Below, piece after piece: positions 50,341-64,000 of a stretch of 64,000 nucleotides of DNA; the first letter of the stretch is position 1; the number at the start of each line of letters is the position of its first letter. The notes under the pieces were generated by a model. The model did no database searches and was not told where the DNA came from. It was given only the letters and a program-made list of their open reading frames with translations. Both the position numbers and the translations under genes were made by a program. This DNA comes from Octopus bimaculoides (taxonomy: Eukaryota): assembly GCF_001194135.2 (NCBI RefSeq), contig NC_068989.1:70183359-70247358 (forward strand), read 5' to 3'.

Positions 50341-52390
50341 GTTTCCAGTTATAGAAGAGATGGCATTTGAACCAACTCTAAATGACATTTATTTAGCTGT
50401 GAATAAGCTGAATAACAATAAGTCTCCAGAGTCTGATGGAATCTGTGTAGAAGTCTTGAAATATGGGGGTGACAAAATGTTTGAACTCTTAAATATATTA
50501 ATTTGGAAAACTGACAAAGTGCCTCAAGACTGGATTGATGCCATTTTAGTCTCCTTGTATAAATCAGGGCCAAAGGATCTGTGTGGTAATTTTTGTGGGA
50601 TTTCGCTTTTCTCTGTGGTTGGAAAGGTACTTGCCCGCATTTTGTTAGAACATTTAAATACCTTTATAGTTCCAAATATAGTGTTTGAGTTTCAGTGTGG
50701 TTTCCGTTCCTCCAGAGGTACAGCTGATTGTATCTTTACTATCAGACAATTACAAGAAAAGTGCATTGAACAGAATCTTGCTCTATACCATTGCTTTGTT
50801 GATTTGAGCAAAGCATTCGATACTGTTAATCAAAATACTCTGTGGCTAATTCTAAGGAAAATAGGTTGCCAGAAAAATTTGTAAACATGGTCAGGGCTTT
50901 GCATCAAGATATGAAAACTAGAGTTAATTTTGGTGGTAGGCTCTCTGAATCTTTTGCTGTGGAAAATGGAGTAAAGCAAGGAGACCTTGATGTACCCACC
51001 CTCTTTGCAATATACTTTGCTGTTGTGTTGTCACATGCTTTTCAAAAGTCTGAGGAGGGCATTTACATAAAATATCAAACAACAGGGAATGTTTATAATC
51101 TGACCAGACTGAAATTCAAAATGAAGGTTTTTACTTCGCTCATTAGGGAACTTTTGTATGCTAACGATTGTGATTTTTCAGTCATTCTGAAACAGGTCTG
51201 CAATCTCTTGTATCTGCATTTGACTCAGCTTGTGATGATGTTGGCTTGACCATCAACTTGAAAAAAAACAGTTGTAATGCATCCACCTGCATGTGGTGCT
51301 GTTTGTAACCCCACTAAAATTTTTGTTAAGGGTAAGTTACTTGAAGTTGTCAATTCGTTCGCCTACCTTAGAAGCTCTGTTCAAAATGATGGAAATCTTG
51401 ATACAGAAATACATCTGCGAATTCAAAGGGTAGCAAAAACATTTGGTGGATTGGAGTCACACATTTGGTGCCAACGACATATAAATAAGAATACAAAGCT
51501 GGCTCTTTACAAATCATTTGTTTTACCATCCCCGTTGTATTCCTGTGAAACTTGGACTTGTTATAAAAGGCATTTTAAACTGTTAGAACAATTCCACCAA
51601 AAATGCCTTTATCGCATTTTAAAAATTAAATGGAGTTCTTTTACTCCAAACACAGATGTCCTTGCTTCTGCAGGCATCACCTCAATTAAGGCTATGATTT
51701 TGAGGAACCAATTGAGATGGTGTGGCCATATTGTTCGAATGGCAGATGAACACATGCTGAAGCAGCTGTTTTATGGTGAGCTTGCAGAGGGGAAATGCTA
51801 TCGGCGTAAACCTAAAAAAAAGGTTTAAGGACAGCATAAGGACTAGTATGAAGTCACTTGGAATGGTTCTAGAAGATACAGAAACCCTTGCTTTGGATCG
51901 AGTTGGATGGCGAACAAAGGTGTGGAGTGGAGTAAAAGCATTTAAAGAGGCCAGGATAACACAAGTAAGACTCAAAAGAGATCTAAGGAAGAATGTAACG
52001 ATCGAGAAAGTGAATAACAATGACTTTTTTGTGTGCACAGTCTGTGACAGACCATGTCTGTCTTTGGCTGGCCTCAAATCTCATCTGCAAATGCATGGAA
52101 AACGAACTTCCACCAACTATTCTGACTATATGTCTGTGCACACCTTTGAATGCAGTGTATGCCAGAAGGTTTGCAAATCCAGTGGAGGCCTCAAAAGACA
52201 TGTTAAGATCCACAAAGAGCAAAACTTATCTGCAGGTATTGGTGGTCCAAATCAGAAGTGCAATCTATGTGGGTGTCTTTTCAGAACATTGTCTGGTTTA
52301 AAAAGCCACATCAGATGCCATGATGGTGCTAAAGTGTAGGTACAGGAGGTGGTCAAACTCTGTATAAGGAGTAGACAACCACCACCACCA
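50341..52390 (+). mobile_element. 5'-truncated RTE-clade LINE (RT + three C2H2 zinc fingers), frameshifted
   Basis: ORFs 50303-50884, 50842-51249, 51277-51828 and 51773-52339. Motifs: QCGFR, AFDTV, GVKQG, LLYAND, LRWCGHIVRM and three Cx2Cx12Hx3H fingers. (CCA)n tail, flanked by TATG repeats. Confidence 0.92.
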
Positions 52391-53159
52391 TGTATATATG
52401 TATGTATGTATGTATATATGTACATATGTACGTATGTACATATGTACATATGTATATAAGAGGCATGGTGTTCGTATGCCGCTATATATAATGTATGTAT
52501 ATATGCCATTATTCAGTTTTATCTCAAGATTTCTTGCCAATAGAGAAGGAGCCAGTTTCTAACCTAGATCTAAGGCTCCTTCATTGGAATTTCAACAACA
52601 GGGTATTTTTGTATGTGCGTATATGTACAATGATGATGATGATGATGATGATGATGCATATACTTGCATATCTAGGCATGTTCATATATACTTAAATGAT
52701 AAACTTCTGGAAAGTTTTACAGATTTTTTCAGTTCCATGCCAAAATTGACCTCACCTGTACTGGTGTCACATAAAAAGCACTCTGTCCATCCTGCAGGGT
52801 GGTTGACATTAGGAAGAGCATCCAGCTGTAAAAACCATGCCAAACCAGGCACAGAAGTCTGGCGCAGTCTTCTGCCTGCCCAGCACCTGTCAAACCATCC
52901 AACCCATACCAGCATGGAAGGCAGACGTTAAACAATGATGATAATGATGAGTGATGCGTGACATGAAAAGCCATATCCATGCACACGCAAGAATGAAAGT
53001 AAATCAGAACAATTAAACTGAATGTGGTGGCTATTGTCTGACAAAATGAGGCAGTCATTGTGTATGTATATGTGTGTATAAATTGCCATGTTTCTAAAAT
53101 TACCTTAATTTTCATACTAATTCCTGCCTTCCTGAGCTAGCTTTCCACCACATTTCTTA

Positions 53160-53338
53160 AAAATTGTGGTTGTACGATTTCTATGACACAAACTTCTAAA
53201 TTAAAATCTTTCGCCAAAATTTTATGTTAATTTGTTCCAATAATGAGTAAATTATTTTACTAAATTCTTCATCATTTTAAAAATTAATTGAAACAAAGGC
53301 AGTGCATTTCAGAAGGAATATGGTAAGAAAAGGGTTAA
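53160..53338. mobile_element. piggyBac-like MITE fragment
   Basis: Ends in AAAGGG-TTAA, the same terminus type as 643-869. The other end is not recognisable. Confidence 0.45.
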
Positions 53339-53994
53339 ACACTGAAAAATATTAGATTAAATGTTTGAATGACTATAACTTTTGTATAATACTGGGGATC
53401 TGATGAAATTATAAATAACACTAAAAGAGATATTATGTATGGTTTATTTACTAGAATGTTATTCTGCACCATTTCCGCTACTGACACTGCTGAACTCAAT
53501 TTTTCTCAAGATATAAAAAAGTGCAAATAAAGTTGTAATCTTGCCAAAGACTATTGAGATTAGATTTCATTGCTTTTAAAACCAACATTGGTTGGAAGCT
53601 TGTTTGAATAACCATAAATTCTGAAAACTAATAGGAATCAATAACATTGAACCTATGCTCCATTTCTTCAGCCTTGAACTAGTTTTTCCAGTCTTAAAAG
53701 TCCATGGCTCCCTTTTTCTTTTTTTGTTTATTTGTTTCTGTTATCCTACTGAACAAGAAGTCAGGCCTTCTTAAAGTGGTAAAAGCAATAATTTCATTAA
53801 TGTGGTTAATTAAAAAATATATTTCTATACAATAGTTATTTTTCATCCCATAGATTTTTTTTTTTTTTACAATGTAAGCAAGAAAAGAAGATAATAAAAA
53901 ACTTCTGTGAATCTGTTCTATTTTATACACATGCTTTATATGCATGCTCTATCACTATCAGAATAAAACTATTTTTTACACACACACATATATT

Positions 53995-54031
<37 letters not shown>

Positions 54032-54760
54032 ACCATTTAACGCCTGCTTCCCAAGCTGGCAATGGGTTGGATGGTTTGACATGAAGCTGGCTAGCAGGGA
54101 GCTGTCCAAACTCCAGCTGTTTGTTGAAGCATGATTTCTATGACTGGATGCCCTTCTTAATGCCAACCACTTAACAGAGTGTGCCGGGTGCTTTTTACAT
54201 GCCAGCAGCATGGGTGCGTTGACACCAGCACAGGTGTGTTAACACACAACTGGCATGGGTGTGTTAACACAGTACCAGCACAGGTGCTTTTTAAGTGGTG
54301 CTGGAACCTGAAAAGACAAGCCTGCATGTGTGGAAGACAGCAATTTTACTTTGTTCCACATGTCTTACCACATACAGCAAATCGCCACATCTATAGATAG
54401 ATAGATAAATAGATAGATAGATAGATAGATAGGCATATATAAATATGCATGCATATANNNNNNNNNNNNNNNNNNNNNNNNNNNNNNNNNNNNNNNNNNN
54501 NNNNNNNNNNNNNNNNNNNNNNNNNNNNNNNNNNNNNNNNNNNNNNNNNNNNNNNNNNNNNNNNNNNNNNNNNNNNNNNNNNNNNNNNNNNNNNNNNNNN
54601 NNNNNNNNNNNNNNNNNNNNNNNNNNNNNNNNNNNNNNNNNNNNNTATTTATATTTATATTTATATTTATGTGTGTATATATTCATAATATATACACACA
54701 TAAATATAAATATATATATACACACACACACACATATATATATGTATGTATGCATGTATG

Positions 54761-54810
<50 letters not shown>

Positions 54811-55064
54811 TAGACACACACACACATACATACATATACACATGATGTGTTATCACAATGCAATTATTAAGAATAATTGGAATAAACTATTCTGGAAGTT
54901 GTCAGCATTGAGTTATCAGGAATTATCTCAGACCATAAATAACTGTACTGACAACAATGAAAGACTAATTTGATAATTATTTTTATTTTTCTAATTTTGT
55001 AATGATAAAAAATTACGGCATTCCACCAAAAGATGTGTAACCAATAATAGTAATAAGTGTAAGC

Positions 55065-55238
<174 letters not shown>

Positions 55239-55752
55239 GATCTTAATTGATTGGAAGTGTTATCATGTACAATGTTTTGTCTTGGTATAAAAGATGGACT
55301 ACAGCAAATATTCTGCTTAATACCACAGATTTGCTTGTCAGTTGTTTGACCTTAACCAGTTGAGCATGTCCCTTGGTGGCTGAAGATATGTGCATCTCTG
55401 ATCATGAGCAGAAGTAGTGGGGGAGCATCATAGCCATTGTTGAGAGGTATTCCTTGGGGTTTGAATAATTCACCTTTGGAAACATGGGTGTTTTGCTCAA
55501 CATCCTTAAACAAACCTTATTCAGGGACCTTTTGAGCAGGATGGGCTACTCGACCTGAAGAAAATTCTAACTGGGCCCCACCAGCGATATCATGCACTGT
55601 TTATCTTGATATGAGATCACCATGTCACGCACATATGGTTGTGACGCATGTGCCTGGTGTACCCTTATCAGACGGGTAGTCATGATGGGTATAATGGGCT
55701 TCATATATTTTATCCCAGTGTCACTTTGATGGCATGCTTTGCTCTCTCACTC
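55239..55752 (+). mobile_element. Dispersed repeat family D (copy 2), embedded in (TAA)n
   Basis: Matches 33831-34285 but extends about 60 bp further left. TAA repeats on both sides. Confidence 0.75.
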
Positions 55753-56321
55753 AATAATAATAATAACAAAATAATAATAGTTTCAAATGTTGGCAGAACG
55801 CTACCAATTAATAATAATAATAATTATAATCCTTTCTACTGGAAGCACAAGGCCTCAAATTTGTGGGGAGGGGACTAGTTGATTACATCGACCCCAGTGT
55901 TTCACTCATACTTATTTTATCAACCCCGAAAGGATGAGAAGCAAAGTTGACCTCAGCAGAATTTGAACTCAGAACATAGCAGCAGACGAAATACCGCTAA
56001 GCATTTTGCCCAGCATGCTAACAATTCTGTCAGCTCAGCACCTTAATAATGATGATGATGATGATGATAGTAATAATCACCAGCCTTGATAGCGGCTGGC
56101 ATCTCGGCTCCTTCCTGCAATTTAGAAATGCAACGCCAATTCCTCATTTTTCTGGATCTACCAGTCCCTTACCTCCTTGGGTTGGGCCCATCAATACTTC
56201 CTTTCCTTGGATAATCAAAGCACTGTGAACTTCTTCCAGGTGGTGACATATGCCTCCTTAAATGCTCTATTCAGCTTTCATTTGAGTTCATTGACAGAAA
56301 AGGAAGAGAACTTTTCTTTTT

Positions 56322-56414
<93 letters not shown>

Positions 56415-57222
56415 GAATGAACAAATAGGATTTACAAATGGATTTACAGACTGCCCACAAGATACCTGAAAAGATACAATGAAAAAAAATCAAGTGAACA
56501 GTTATAGCAGAACTCGTATATAGTTCAACAAATATAACACCCACTGAAGTCTGCACTTTTAAATTTGCAATAGAGAATGTGCAATAGCATTGCACCAGTT
56601 GCAACCAATATGTCTAAAGTGTGAAGTAAATGCATCATCTCTTGCAGCAATGAGTATTTTAATGAATTAAAAGCGGCCAACAAAATAAGCATCATGCACT
56701 TAGCACATCTTCAACAACTCTACAATTGATTCGGTAGGCCAGGATGAACTTGCCAGCAGCTGTGATTATTTCCAAGGTCGTTGTAAGAAAGGCTTCTTCA
56801 CAGCACACTTTTAGAAATAATCATTGTTGATTGTGATACGAAAGATTATAATGGGCATTGCTGCTGTGATATTCAAGTCTTTGACATGCTTCTGTGTGCA
56901 TTTATGAGTTCCATTAGTCATACAAATGTACATGCATAAATACATACCTATATATTCATGTACTGATGCATTTCTCTTTCATACTCTCTCTCTCTCTCTC
57001 TTGTACTTTCTTTCTCTCCCTCCCTTCTCTATCTTTCTCTCTTCATATATATATAAATATATATATATAAAATGCTGTGTTGTTGATATTTATATATATA
57101 ATGATGATTATGTATCTATGTATTACACACATACACATATATATAATCTATATATACATATATGGGCATGTGTACATGCGTGTGTGTGTATGTGTGCATA
57201 CACACATATACACACATACATA

Positions 57223-58136
57223 CAGGGGTTGGACAAAATAATAGAAACACCTAGCATCATAGCATCATAATTTTGAAATATCTATAAAACCATCAAAAGC
57301 TTGTTTATTTTTTATGCTTTTTGATTTATTATTATATTGATTAATACATTTTGCTAAAATTGCTGTTTCTTTTCAGATATCATCAGAAAAAGGTAATTAA
57401 AATTCATTAAAATTACAGATCTATCGGACTTTCAAAAAGGTCATATTGTTAGTGCTCATATGGCAGGTGCTAGAATATGAAAACAGCCAAAATGTTTGGT
57501 GTATCAAGAAGTACTGTCTTTAAAGTAATGAGAGCCTTTGAGAAAGAGGGAAAAACCTCCTCGTCAAAACCAAACTCTGGAAGAAAACCAAAACTTTCAG
57601 ATAGGGAGACCGTTGGACTCTTACGCGAATTGTTAGAAAGGATCACAAAAGTACAGCTCCCGAAATTACTGCAGACTTTANNNNNNNNNNTTCAAAAAAC
57701 AAACATTGCAAAGCGTTTAGAGTGGAGTAAAAACCTACAGAATTGGTCCCTGGAGCAATGGAAGAATGTTATTTTCTCAGACGAATCATCCTTTACCTTA
57801 TTTCCAACCGCCAGCCTAGTATACGTGTGGAGACAGCCAAAAGAAGCATTTGACCTAGACTGCCTTCTTCCCCAGGTCTCAATATTATTGAACATTTATG
57901 GTTCATTTTAGAAAAACAAGTAGGGAGTCTATATCCTCCATCATCATCACTACAAGAACTGGAGACTGTTTTAGCTGAAGAATGGACAAAAATTCCTTTG
58001 GAAACAATTCAAACTTTGTACGAGTCCATGCCTCATAGAATTCAAGCTGTAATTACTGCCAAAGGCGGTCCTACCCCATATTAAAATAAATTTGTTTAAA
58101 ATTTTAAGGTGTTTCCATTATTTTGTCCAACCCCTG
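57223..58136 (+). mobile_element. Tc1-like DNA transposon with both TIRs, internally deleted or gapped
   Basis: TA-CAGGGGTTGGACAAAATAATAGAAACACC ... GGTGTTTCCATTATTTTGTCCAACCCCTG-TA. Transposase remnants include an HTH, NVIFSDESSF and NIIEH. Confidence 0.9.
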
Positions 58137-60043
58137 TACATATATATATAACTATACGTATATACACAGTGACAACAATGGATTATATGTGGGGGGTGAG
58201 GGATTAGTATGTATGCATATATATATATAATTGTCTATATATGTATACATGTATGCATGTATACAGATATGTGTGTGTGTATTATATCATATATATATAT
58301 ATACATATTTGTCAGTCGATATTATATATATATGTTTAATAAGCATAAATTTATCATCACTGCCATAATAAGAATTTTAGACAAACCCCACCCAGGAACT
58401 TCAGCAGCTGAGGGAGAAGAGTGTCCAACTAGTTTTACCCCTTCTCTTCATGTAATAAAGAAGGTAACTAATGGAAGTATCGCAGGACTGCAGTGGAGAA
58501 TAATAGAAATTCATTGTAATCTGACTTTCAAAAGACCTTGAGAGTTGGCTTTTTCCAATAAGATTACATTCTACTAGCTCAAACAAGAGCTGGACTATAA
58601 GAATTAACTACCGAGCTCAAAGTTAAAAAAAGGGAAAGCACAAGCCAAGAGCCAAATCAAATACTGCAATTCATTCTACATGATATTGAACTGCTTCCAG
58701 TAACTTTGCATTTTCTGGGGATATATGGTTATAAATATGTTTATACAAGGTGAGGCAAAAGAACTCTGAGATTCACCATCCTTAGTGAATGTTTCAATAG
58801 GAAACATATGGTATGTATCAACCCAAACCATAATGATAACTACCAAAAGCCAAATGATAAAATATTAGCTACATGAAGACAGCATTGCCACCTTCCTAAG
58901 TACACAAGTAGCACACCAATGGGTGTGTAAAATATGAGAGGTTTTTATGTCACACACTTTTTAAATGTGCTTGCTTATGTAATTATATCAACATATATAT
59001 ATATATATANNNNNNNNNNNNNNNNNNNNNNNNNNNNNNNNNNNNNNNNNNNNNNNNNNNNNNNNNNNNNNNNNNNNNNNNNNNNNNNNNNNNNNNNNNN
59101 NNNNNNNNTATATATACACACACGCGCGCGCGCGCACACACACACACACACACACATTAATATTGTGTGCACGTTTTTAAATAAGCAATAACATGTTCGC
59201 ATAGATGTATGAAAATATGTGTATTCATAAATGTATATATTTGCATATATGAATATATTTGTATTCATGAATACGTACATTTGCATATATCTGTTGTATA
59301 ATGATATATGCTTCTCTATTTATGATGTGGACTGATTGTACATGTTGCCTACATACACACATATTATGCCTTCTTATCAATCATACATACATACATTAAT
59401 GCATGCATGCATCTTCACAGATAGAAAAGTACCAGCAGTGGACAGGATCACAGTAGAAGTGTAAGAGAGAGTGTTTAAATCGAAACTCATTACATATCTC
59501 CACTTGATGCTGAAATCATGGGAGGCTTGTAATACCTCACAATACTGAAAAATGCTAGCACCACCCCACCACACACACCCCATTCAAGAAGGATGGCAAT
59601 TGGGATGTATACAGGAATAGCAAAGAATTTCTGTACATGTTAAAGTGGGTAAGATTTTTTTAATTATAGAGTCTGAGAATTTTTTACTCACTATGTATAA
59701 TTCTCATTGGTTAGATTTGTTAACATATGAGATGTATTAAAAATAAAAATTTGCTTGTTGTCTTTAAGTACAGTGTAAGCTAAAAATCATTATCTATTTC
59801 TCACTTGAAAGCAATTTTCTTAGCTTTTTCAGCAGTGATGGTCTGATAAAAAAAACTAATGTTTGTTAGAGGTTTGTCCTTCATCAAAAGTAAAAAGAGA
59901 GTGAGAAAGAGAAATAGTGGAAAAAATGGCAAAGAGTTAGAAATGAAGTGAGAATGCTGTTCTATGGGGCGGGGGTTAAGAAAGGAGGAAAGGGTAAGTT
60001 TGTTGATGCATGTATAAAAGTGTACCTGTATATTAGAACAATG

Positions 60044-60300
60044 TCAGAAGCCTTCGAACAGGATTTGTTTTCCACAATTCTCTTCAAACAGCAAAGCTTC
60101 CTTTCCAAGGGCCCAGGTCAGCCAGAACAATTCTTTTCCTTGGCTTTTGAATTGCACTATAATTCTATTAACAGTAGCAAGAGGAATTTTAAGATTTTCA
60201 GCAATTTTTCGTTGGCTAAGACCAGCCTCAGATTGCCCAACAATATGACCTCTTAGAAAATCTGACAGTTCTGCTGAATTTTTTGTGCATAGCATGGTTA
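60044..60300 (-). pseudogene. Tc1 transposase N-terminal fragment
   Basis: [47 protein letters not shown] (paired-like HTH). Confidence 0.75.
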
Positions 60301-60452
60301 CTCTTTGCAAATGTTTGATATAATGGCACCTAGAATGGAAAAGAATAATTACATTGTAAATTCTACACCACTGAAAGCATATTAAGACACTTAGATCAGC
60401 AATTTTGAAAATTAAAGATGTCTATTTACTTCCTGCATGTCTGTGTATATAT

Positions 60453-60498
<46 letters not shown>

Positions 60499-60669
60499 NN
60501 NNNNNNNNNNNNNNNNNNNNNNNNNNNNNNNNNNNNNNNNNNNNNNNNNNNNNNNNNNNNNNNNNNNNNNNNNNNNNNNNNNNNNNNNNNNNNNNNNNNN
60601 NNNNNNNNNNNNNNNNNNNNNNNNNNNNNNNNNNNNNNNNNNNNNNNNNNNNNNNNNNNNNNNNNNNNN

Positions 60670-60716
<47 letters not shown>

Positions 60717-61719
60717 ATATATGTTTAGATAGATTTTCTTCTTACCTGGGAAATAATATCAATTCAAAGATCCAGAGTTACATACCAAAGCACATTTTGA
60801 AATTTGATAAATGCATTGACATGAAATTCTAAGCCCTTGAGTCACAGTGGCTTCTGGACCAAACCATAAATATTTTGCACTAACTATTGTGTTCTATTTC
60901 TCCACTTTTTAAAACCAGACTTACATTTTACACACACACATGCATGCACACACACACACACACACATGCATGCACGCACACATGCATGCACACATGCACT
61001 CACACACACACACACATACACACACACATATATGAATATTTGCCTGCGTATAAACATTCATGATCTTTGCAATATATTTTGTTTATTTTTATGACAACAA
61101 TAGTTCTGTCTTTTTGACTGCCATCCATCTTTATTATTACTCTAGATTCTCTGGTTTCAGTGGTGAAATAATAACAAACCATGAAAATGGATCTAAAGGG
61201 TATCCTACATTATGTAGATTAATATATTAGCCATAATAATGCCTAATAAATTGCTAGTCTCAAATTCAATGTCCAAGTAATGTAGATTCAACGAACTACT
61301 AAACACAACTTGGCAGATAAATTACTTGACTGTGTCTACTAGACATACCAAAGAGTCAATGGTTTGCAAGCAAATATTAATATCACTGTTGGTGTTTTGA
61401 TCTAGGTTAGTCTGGTTCCAACCATACCGTCATATATTTTTCTATATCCAAAACAACACAGACAGTGTATCCATTTAATTTTTAAAATGACAGGGTGACA
61501 TTTGAAAAAAATTAGGCAACTATTTTTAGCAGAACAAGTGACCACATTATGGCTTCCTTGTCAACTTTGCACCAGCACAGAACATTGTCTATGACGAAGG
61601 CTCTTAACTCTTGCAGGCCTCAGCCAAATAGATGTGAATATATATCATGAACTAAGTGTAACTCACAGTTTCAATCAACATGGATACTACTTTATAGTTT
61701 ATAGTTAATGAAATTGTAT

Positions 61720-62200
61720 TTAATGAAATTGTTGTATACAGTGTTCAGGTGCATATGCAGTAATGTACAAATGTCTGGAAAATGAACAGTATATGAGTCA
61801 GATACTGCTTGCGTGTGTATGGATGGGAGAAAATCAGGTGTAGTGTTGGCGAATCTCAGGAAGCATGGAAGTTTTGAAGGATGCAGTGCTCCGACAACTA
61901 ACAACTGATGCTGGCAGTTTGTTCCATACTTCAGCAACTCTTAGCATGAAAAAATGTTTCTGAAAATCATGGAAGTTGTGCTGTTTTCTGACTTTGTAAA
62001 CATGTCCATGAGTGTTAGACAGGTGGAATTTGAAAAGGTGCTCAGAGTTATTGTTAGTAAGATGGTTAATAATTTTAACTTCATTTATTTTAGTGGTAAT
62101 TGGTTCCAAGGCATGTGGTTTAACCAAAAAGTTGACACAACATGTAAAAACATTTTTCAAAGTTTATCAGCTGATATCTGTTTTAGTAAATGATTTGTAC
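61720..62200 (-). pseudogene. CR1/L2-type LINE 3' fragment
   Basis: HGHVYKVRK...KHFFMLRVAEVWNKLPASVVSCRSTASFK, typical of a CR1 C-terminus. Confidence 0.8.
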
Positions 62201-64000
62201 ATATTTTTACACATATTTTACTTGATTTTTCCTCTTCAGCATTGGCATTTAGGTATTTTTTTTTTATTTTGTGATGCTTTTAAATATGTTATCTGAGACG
62301 AAAATAAAGTCTGATAAATTNNNNNNNNNNNNNNNNNNNNNNNNNNNNNNNNNNNNNNNNNNNNNNNNNNNNNNNNNNNNNNNNNNNNNNNNNNNNNNNN
62401 NNNNNNNNNNNNNNNNNNNNNNNNNNNNNNNNNNNNNNNNNNNNNNNNNNNNNNNNNNNNNNNNNNNNNNNNNNNNNNNNNNNNNNNNNNNNNNNNNNNN
62501 NNNNNNNNNNNNNNNNNNNNNNNNNNNNNNNNNNNNNNNNNNNNNNNNNNNNNNNNNNNNNNNNNNNNNNNNNNNNNNNNNNNNNNNNNNNNNNNNNNNN
62601 NNNNNNNNNNNNNNNNNNNNNNNNNNNNNNNNNNNNNNNNNNNNNNNNNNNNNNNNNNNNNNNNNNNNNNNNNNNNNNNNNNNNNNNNNNNNNNNNNNNN
62701 NNNNNNNNNNNNNNNNNNNNNNNNNNNNNNATATATATATATACTTAAATGGTAAACTTCTGGAAAGTTTTACAAATTCTTACAGTTCCAGTGATGGCTT
62801 GGATCTGTAGTCTTCAAATCAGCTCTGTATGTAGGTAGGTAGGTAGGAAGGTAGGTAGGTAGGTAGGTAGGTAGGTTCTTATGTTCTCTTTCTCTTTTTA
62901 ATTTAGAGCAAATTTTGGTCAGCCACCTACTTGGAGGCAAGGTAGTGAAGGAACATATCTTGTTTTAACCATCATCCTTTACTTCTTAAGAAGATATCAC
63001 AATTGTTTGGAGTATGTATATATGCATGTATGTATGTATGTATCATGTGTGTATGTATCATGTATGTATGTATGTATGTATATTTATATTCTTTTATACT
63101 TTTTCAGCGTGATAATTCTTCCACCTTAGTTAACCATAAATTCAATAGTTTACATAATCGTGTAGGAGTGTATGGTTGCGCACATGTTATATGGATTACA
63201 ATTCATCTTATTGTCCTGTACATCTTACACAATTTCAACAGAAACTACTTTGAAAGATCTCAACAATAGAGCAACAAATATATATCATATAAATAACCCT
63301 TCAGATTCTTGGAATATTAAAATCTAAAAAGCAGGCAACAATGAAGGTTTAGAACTCATGTCACCAAACAAAGTTTGGCTCACTAATCGCCCATCCTTAC
63401 TGTAAACAAAGACAATTTGAATTCAAACAAAAGTGGAAGATAATGTGCAAGATTAAATAATAAACTGGCTAATATTATTATCAATATTCAGAAGACGCTT
63501 TCGATTAGGAATTCTTATCTTATAACTGTGCTTAGAATAATAAAATTTTATTCTTATTTATATATTTATTTATTTTATTTTATTTTAATGCTCTCTGGTT
63601 TGAATGTTAAGAAGCCATATATAAAAATAAACAAGTACTAACACATCACAGAGAAGATTGATAAGAAATTTTTCTCCCACACCGTTGATCTTGGGAACTC
63701 CATAGATGTGGTATTATGCATTGCTTTCTTTGTGCTTGGAGTTAATGAGTTCATGCGACACCATACAAATGTTGGAAAAGCAATGGGTTCATCTGAATCT
63801 TCCTTCTAATGATCACTTTATTCTGTTATTTCGAATAATACATATATTATATCTATACAGAGAGAGATGCTTGCATACATACATAACACACACACATATT
63901 TACATACATACATACACCCACTCATCCACACATACACACAAATATATAAATATATATATGTATACATACATACATATACATATATATATATATATATATA

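Noticed and set aside
58381-61199. Plus-strand exon chain (58381-58463, 59421-59460, 61161-61199)
   Set aside because: Splice sites are moderate, phases are only partly compatible and the peptides are not recognisable.

Overview
AT-rich eukaryotic (animal) genomic DNA dominated by repeats, with 12 assembly gaps. The repeat families suggest an octopus or other coleoid cephalopod; this is an inference from pattern recognition, not a database result. No host protein-coding gene can be identified with confidence. Most long ORFs in the track are microsatellite or N-gap artefacts. The real coding remnants belong to transposons: a DD37D (maT) element, two Tc1 and several mariner remnants, pogo/Tigger elements, a Penelope-like RT plus GIY-YIG element, an RTE LINE with three C2H2 fingers, an RLE-type LINE fragment and CR1 fragments. 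Several tRNA-derived SINE families and many RTE 3' tails are also present. The most notable unexplained structure is a set of minimal type I hammerhead ribozyme motifs of the Penelope type. Three loci (2322-2675, 12020-12195, 35490-35804) carry two copies as a divergent inverted pair, and solo copies lie at 39394 and 47657. Other items worth checking are microsatellite-embedded retroelement insertions, long fold-back hairpins, a CpG-retaining promoter-like zone (41.3-43.2 kb) and a few candidate short exons or microexons.
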